64,000 bases of DNA, taken from NCBI GenBank assembly GCA_013239625.1, contig MU057332.1:6165001-6229000 (forward strand), read 5' to 3'. Position numbers and translations under genes: made by a program. Shown here one piece after another: positions 58,603 to 64,000 of the stretch. The notes below the pieces were generated by a model that had not been told where the DNA came from, ran no database searches, and saw only the letters and a program-made list of their open reading frames with translations. The number at the start of each line of letters is the position of its first letter. The stretch's first letter is position 1. Origin of the DNA: Lama guanicoe. Taxonomy: Eukaryota.

Positions 58603-60717
58603 GAAACTGTATCAACCATAGGCTGGGAAGGCGGGGACAGGAGCAGCAACTGTATTAAGGGCCCCATGTCCAGTGAGCTCAGGTGAGTGCAGCCTGAGGT
58701 AACGACAGAGAAGGAGGAACAGTCCTGAGCTGTGTCTGTACTGTGTGGTGAGCAGAATGGAGGGGACAGCGCAGCCTCGCACCCCACTTTATTTATTATT
58801 CCTACTCTTATTTGTATACCACCCAAGCAAGGCCCGGACTTCTTACTCCAGGGATACTCAGCAGGCACTAGCAGGCCCCAGGAGTCACTCTCCATGAAGC
58901 TCAGCCTTGGGCCGTGCAGTCTACCCGAGGGACAGGCTGCAGCTGCCGGCATTGCCCTGCCCTGGGAGCTGCTGACTTCTCAAGCCTCCAACTCTAGCTC
59001 TCCAGGTGCTTCTTAGAAGGGTCTTTGCTGCCACTGAACCTGGCTAACATCCTGTTCCAAGCCTTCTCGTTCTTTTAGGGAAAAAGACTGATTTCTCCTG
59101 TGCACATGTGTGTTTTCCGCTCTAGTCCTCCTGGATCCCAAAGCCCAGGAGGGGAAGTCACTCTTATCGGGACATCTCTGAATGTTCTCTCTCCTTTCTT
59201 GGGCAGCCTTCAGAATCTGGTCTTTTGTCTTTCAAGTTCAACAAATGTGTCAAGGAGGTGTGTTTATACTTCCCTGGTTACAGTTTGTTTTCGCCATCAC
59301 TATTTTTCTGGCACCTTTAATAATTACCGGTTGGATTTCCATGCCCGGTTTCCCCTTCTGTCAATTCTTTTGTGATTGTGTTTGGGCACCTCCTCTGTGT
59401 TGGCAGATCCTTAAAAACTACCTGCTCACATGTATCTGTCAGTATTTAGATGCCTATTTTTTTTTTTTAAATTCCCGAGGGCTTTCCTTAATTGGTGCCA
59501 AAATGAGGAGGACATAAGAATGTTTGTATGTAAATGTTAAGACACTAATCAATGATCTTGAAGCTAATGTTAGTGCCTGTTATGTTATCTGAAGCACAGT
59601 TAGATCCCTTCTGTTTCATGCATTCTCATTATTGATTGTTTTTAGTAGCAGGACATTTCTGCCCTTCTATTTCCCCCTGTCTTTTCTGCTCTATTCAGTG
59701 ATTTATAATGTGCAGGGCTTACACATCAGAAGATGCCCTCATACTTTCATTTGAAAGCTGCTGGCCCTAGGTCCTAAGTCCTATCTGCCAGTAGATCTGT
59801 TGGAAAACTCAGATCAAGAGGTATTTTTTCTTCTAGAGTTATTAACATTTTTTAAAAGAGAAAAATTATACTATTTTTGTTATCAAATTCAAGTCTGTTG
59901 AAGACTACACAAAATCTCATGTTTTCACGAAACCACAGGAATAATTACTTGCCTGCTAAAATAGCACCTTCCAAACGCTTATGTGCTAAATAGATGGACA
60001 AGGTCACCAGCTGCCACATTAGACTTTTCCATAGTCTTCTCATCACACAGGGATGTGGTGATTGGAGCCAGGACCCAAAGCTTTGTACCAGAAGCTGTGT
60101 TCATGCTGAGCCCAGGAATAAATCCTAGAGGATATTTCGGCTCAGCATGACATAAACAGTATTTTAGGAAGAAAACAGTTCAGGTGCTGGAATAAGAGAC
60201 TGGGAATGAAAATAAGGATGTGTGGATAAATGTGCTCTTTTCCTGTCACAAAGGGTCAAAGATCTGGATGCCATCATCAGGGCAAAGGATGTTCTCAGGA
60301 GTGAACCTAGTCAGATTTCACCCACCCACTTCAAACATAATTTAGAAAATCTTAAGACCTCAGTCATTCTTTTACCGGCTACAGAATCAAGAAAAGTTTG
60401 TAGGAATTTTACATAGCTCTTGCTTCAGAAGAATAAAATTATGATTAGAAATATATCAGAACATTTTTATCCCTGCTTGGTGGGAATTCTCTATGTCAGC
60501 CAAGAAAGCTACAGTTTAGTATCTAAGTTCACCCTTTTGTTCCTAAAGATTTTCTGTTAACTATAATTAAACTAAGGAACATCTGAAGGATAACAGGTTT
60601 CCATATGTAGTATGCTAAAATTTGCTCCAAAGTCCACTACTCTAGTGAGTTTTATTTATAGAGCTTCCAAAGAGGAGATTTAGATAACATTTACTCCCCA
60701 CAAATGCTGACTATGCA

Positions 60718-61189
60718 CTAATTTAAGTATAGTTGATTTACAACGTTGTGTTAGTTTATGGTGTATAGCATAGTGATTCAGTTGAATATATACATACAAA
60801 TATATATATATATATATTCAGTTATATACATATTCCTTTTCCTATTCTTTTTCATTATAGTTTATTATAAGATATTAAATATAGCTCCCTGTGCTATACA
60901 GTGGGACCTTGTTGTTTATCTATTTTATATATAGTAGTTTGCATCTGCTAATCCCAAACTCCTAATTTATCCCCCTCCCTTTCCCCTTTGGTAACCATAA
61001 ATTTGTTTTCTATGTCTGTGAGACTATTTCTGCTTCATAGATAAGTTCATTTGTGCCATGTTTTTTAGATTATACATATAAGTGATATCAGATGATATTT
61101 ATCTTTCTCTGTCTGACTTACTTCACTTATGATAATCTCTAGATCCATCCATGTTGCTGCAAATGGCATTATTTCATTTTTTAATGACT
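60718..61189 (-). mobile_element. LINE-1 3' end (well preserved) with a (TA)n tract
   Basis: aagtatagttgatttacaacgttgtgttag...ttctctgtctgacttacttcactt...tccatccatgttgctgcaaatggcatt; runs into an N mask. Confidence 0.88.
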
Positions 61190-64000
61190 NNNNNNNNNNN
61201 NNNNNNNNNNNNNNNNNNNNNNNNNNNNNNNNNNNNNNNNNNNNNNNNNNNNNNNNNNNNNNNNNNNNNNNNNNNNNNNNNNNNNNNNNNNNNNNNNNNN
61301 NNNNNNNNNNNNNNNNNNNNNNNNNNNNNNNNATCCTTTTGAATTAGAGNNNNNNNNNNNNNNNNNNNNNNNNNNNNNNNNNNNNNNNNNNNNNNNNNNN
61401 NNNNNNNNNNNNNNNNNNNNNNNNNNNNNNNNNNNNNNNNNNNNNNNNNNNNNNNNNNNNNNNNNNNNNNNNNNNNNNNNNNNNNNNNNNNNNNNTTTAC
61501 TCTGGAGCGCAGAGCAGGGATCTGACCTGTAGGGTCCATGTTAAGGTCCTGATGAAAAGAAGGCCATGCACATTCTAATTGATAAAGGTCACTTCTAACA
61601 TAACAGTGGGTTTGCCATGTTTTACCTAAAACCTAACTCCTGAAAATATGAATCATCATGTAGGAATGTCAAGTGTTTTTTCTTGTCACCTATGACTTTG
61701 GCAAAGAGAAGAGCAATGACCGTGAAACACCATGTCCTCCTTGTCATCACACTTGCCCCCTCTACTCAGCACAGAGTGAAAAGGAACCAGGCTTACGATG
61801 TCATGAGAAAGCACAATGAACAAGGGAGAGGCAGCCACAGGTGAGGGGAGGCATGGGACTGAAGCCCAAGTTCAGGACTCCTACCTGGAAACACATCTTC
61901 ACTAGGCGACCTGGGAAAATCATGGGGGCACCTGAGGGTGGCCAGTGATGACGAGGCCAGCTCCCCAGTTCAGGCTCCTCCTTTCCCGTTTAGCCACCAG
62001 CAAAATAGCACAATGCTCCACTGTCATCTGCCTTGTCCCACACAGATGGGCAGAACGCTGAGTGTGGTGCAGTCACAGGTCTCCATGGGGTGCTCAGCAT
62101 CACCCCATGCTCATCACCTCCTCCTGCAGCTGCACCATCTGTCCAGCGTGCGCTCAGCCAGGGTTGCACAGCCCTGCAGGCTGGAGGGTGAGCTGGGTCT
62201 ACACAGCAGCGTCAGCCTACAGCGACCGCCTAAAGCACTCCACCTCTCAGCCTGCTCTTCAAAGGTGGCACCGTGTTAAAGCTTTCACTCTGTCCACTCC
62301 CCAGATGTCAAGTCTGGTCGCCTATCCGCCTAGCAGTTGGGGAAATAATTCATATGATTGCTGTTAGGCCCTGCTTTCCCAGAGCAGCGAGGGCGAGGAG
62401 GTTCTTTGGTCAGGGCTGAGCTTCTGTCTGTGCGTGACTGCCTGCCGGTTTAAGTTAGCAAATCCTAAATGAAGAGCACAGCGCAGACACACAGCAAGGG
62501 CTCAAGACCCGGTGGCTGTTCTCATATTGCTGATACAGGGACACACTTCAAGGAGGCTTCATATGTATAACAGGGGCCTGCCTGATGGGTCTCTGCTTAT
62601 TGAGAGTTAATCCATCAACTGCACAAAGGAACAGGGAGGAGGGGCAGCAGCTGCCACCTTCCCTCTTTCACAGACCAGACACCGTCAGGGAGGCAAAGCC
62701 CCATTAATAAAGTCAATGGTAGATGTTTTCCTATGTTTTGTGGGGTCACAGTTGGTACGTGTGTCACGAGCAACGTTGACACAGATAAAGGTGAAGGTGG
62801 TGCTGTGATTTAAAAGCCGGAGGTGGAGGGATGGAAGCAGGTGTGAGTGTGTGTGAGACCGTAGCGCTGTTTGCAAGACTTCAAGCTGAAGCAGCTTTAA
62901 AATAGTATATATTCTTTGGGTTGATGTGTTGAAACTGTCAACACTGAGTGACTCCAACCACCAACTGTGTCCGAACACGGTATGGTACCCAAGCCTGGGG
63001 ACCTGGTGGCAATGCCTGAAGCTGTCATTGTTTGCAGGCCTGGGTCCTTCCCCACCAGCTGCTGTCTGTCAGTGCGGCAGGGACTGGCAGACTGGTTGGA
63101 ACCATATGTGCTATTTCTGGGCATAGGAACTGAGTAAGGGGACCTGTCATGGTAAGTCAGACCAGGATATGAGTCAGTTATTACAGTGTTAAAAAGAACT
63201 GTCTTCAAAGCATCCTGAGAGCATTGTGCCATGCTAGCTACCCCAGTTTGAAGGACACTTAGAATTACTAAGCCAAGGAGAAACCCTGAGGAATATGGAT
63301 GATCAGCACTGGCCAAAGGCCTAAATATGAAAAGGAGTGAATAAGGCAGAAGCTAAAATCTAGAGGTCCTAAAATTTAGAGGCAAAAAGAATGATTTATT
63401 AACAGAACCACATATATCTCTAGCATACTTTCATCAGATTTGCAAAAGCTATGGAAAAGCGGTTTGCTTTATTTTCCTTTTAAAACAAAACATTTTATTT
63501 GCAGAGCAACTTTTATAGGGCCAAATAAATGATCCTAAATTGGCTCTCAGAAACTAAATCTATTGGCACTGAGGTTGTAAAGATACAAAAAAGATGTCAA
63601 TCTGTAGCACTATATGTAAGAGAGAAAAATTATTAACCATCACAATATCCACAAGTTAGTTAAATAAACAATGTTACATCCTTTTGACAGAACCTAAGCA
63701 GCTGTTAAAAGAAATAAAGTAATTTGAGTTTATGGGCATAGAATGATGTCTGTGATAGCTGTTACGGCAAAAAATCATGTTGTAGAAAATGTGCGTGGTA
63801 ATCGCGTTTCTGTTAAAAATGGTATTTTGTATATGCATAGGAAAGAGCCTCTAAGGAGCTAGAGACAGCCATTAATAATTGCTATTTATGGCTTTTTCTA
63901 CGAGCACAATGTTCTTGGAGGCCTCGGGGAGGCCTAATGGCCCACCAGGTCCCTGAACGAAAGGGTGAAGGTACAGTAATGCTGCAAAACCAGCATTTCT

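Noticed and set aside
37586-64000. Next upstream EHD4 exon (expected RFMCSQLP...SGEKQRISR type), possibly hidden in an N run
   Set aside because: Not found by eye; the flanks of the N runs at 61.2-61.5 kb lack splice signals, so it probably lies beyond the window.
1-64000. CRISPR array, operon or viral/horizontally acquired coding system
   Set aside because: No regularly spaced repeats and no intronless gene clusters; the window is explained by two spliced mammalian genes plus interspersed repeats.

Overview
Mammalian genomic DNA, probably camelid (three copies of a tRNA-Ala(AGC)-derived Vic-1-like SINE). It holds two tandem minus-strand genes in the conserved EHD4-SPTBN5 arrangement. From 233 to about 18.7 kb lies the 5' part of SPTBN5 (beta-V spectrin). 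I traced 19 coding exons by hand, all GT-AG and phase-consistent, totalling 3846 nt (1282 codons) from the MDSAYE ATG at 18073; they encode CH1, CH2 and the first spectrin repeats, and the gene continues past the left edge. From about 21.0 kb to the right edge lies the 3' part of EHD4: its last three coding exons (413, 165 and 537 nt), a ~3.5 kb 3'UTR and >26 kb of upstream intron filled with L1, L2, MIR, CR1/L3, MLT1 and DNA-transposon relics. There is no prokaryote-type system, and most ORF-track entries are GC-rich noise. Most notable: (1) the ATG matching the human SPTBN5 start (MAGQPH) is out of frame and forms a uORF overlapping the MDSAYE start, possibly extended by a strong-Kozak ATG in exon 1; (2) EHD4-to-SPTBN5 readthrough splicing would be phase-compatible; (3) the N runs look like length-preserving masks rather than assembly gaps. 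Exon numbers and human comparisons are from memory, and repeat family names and boundaries are approximate; no database search was run.
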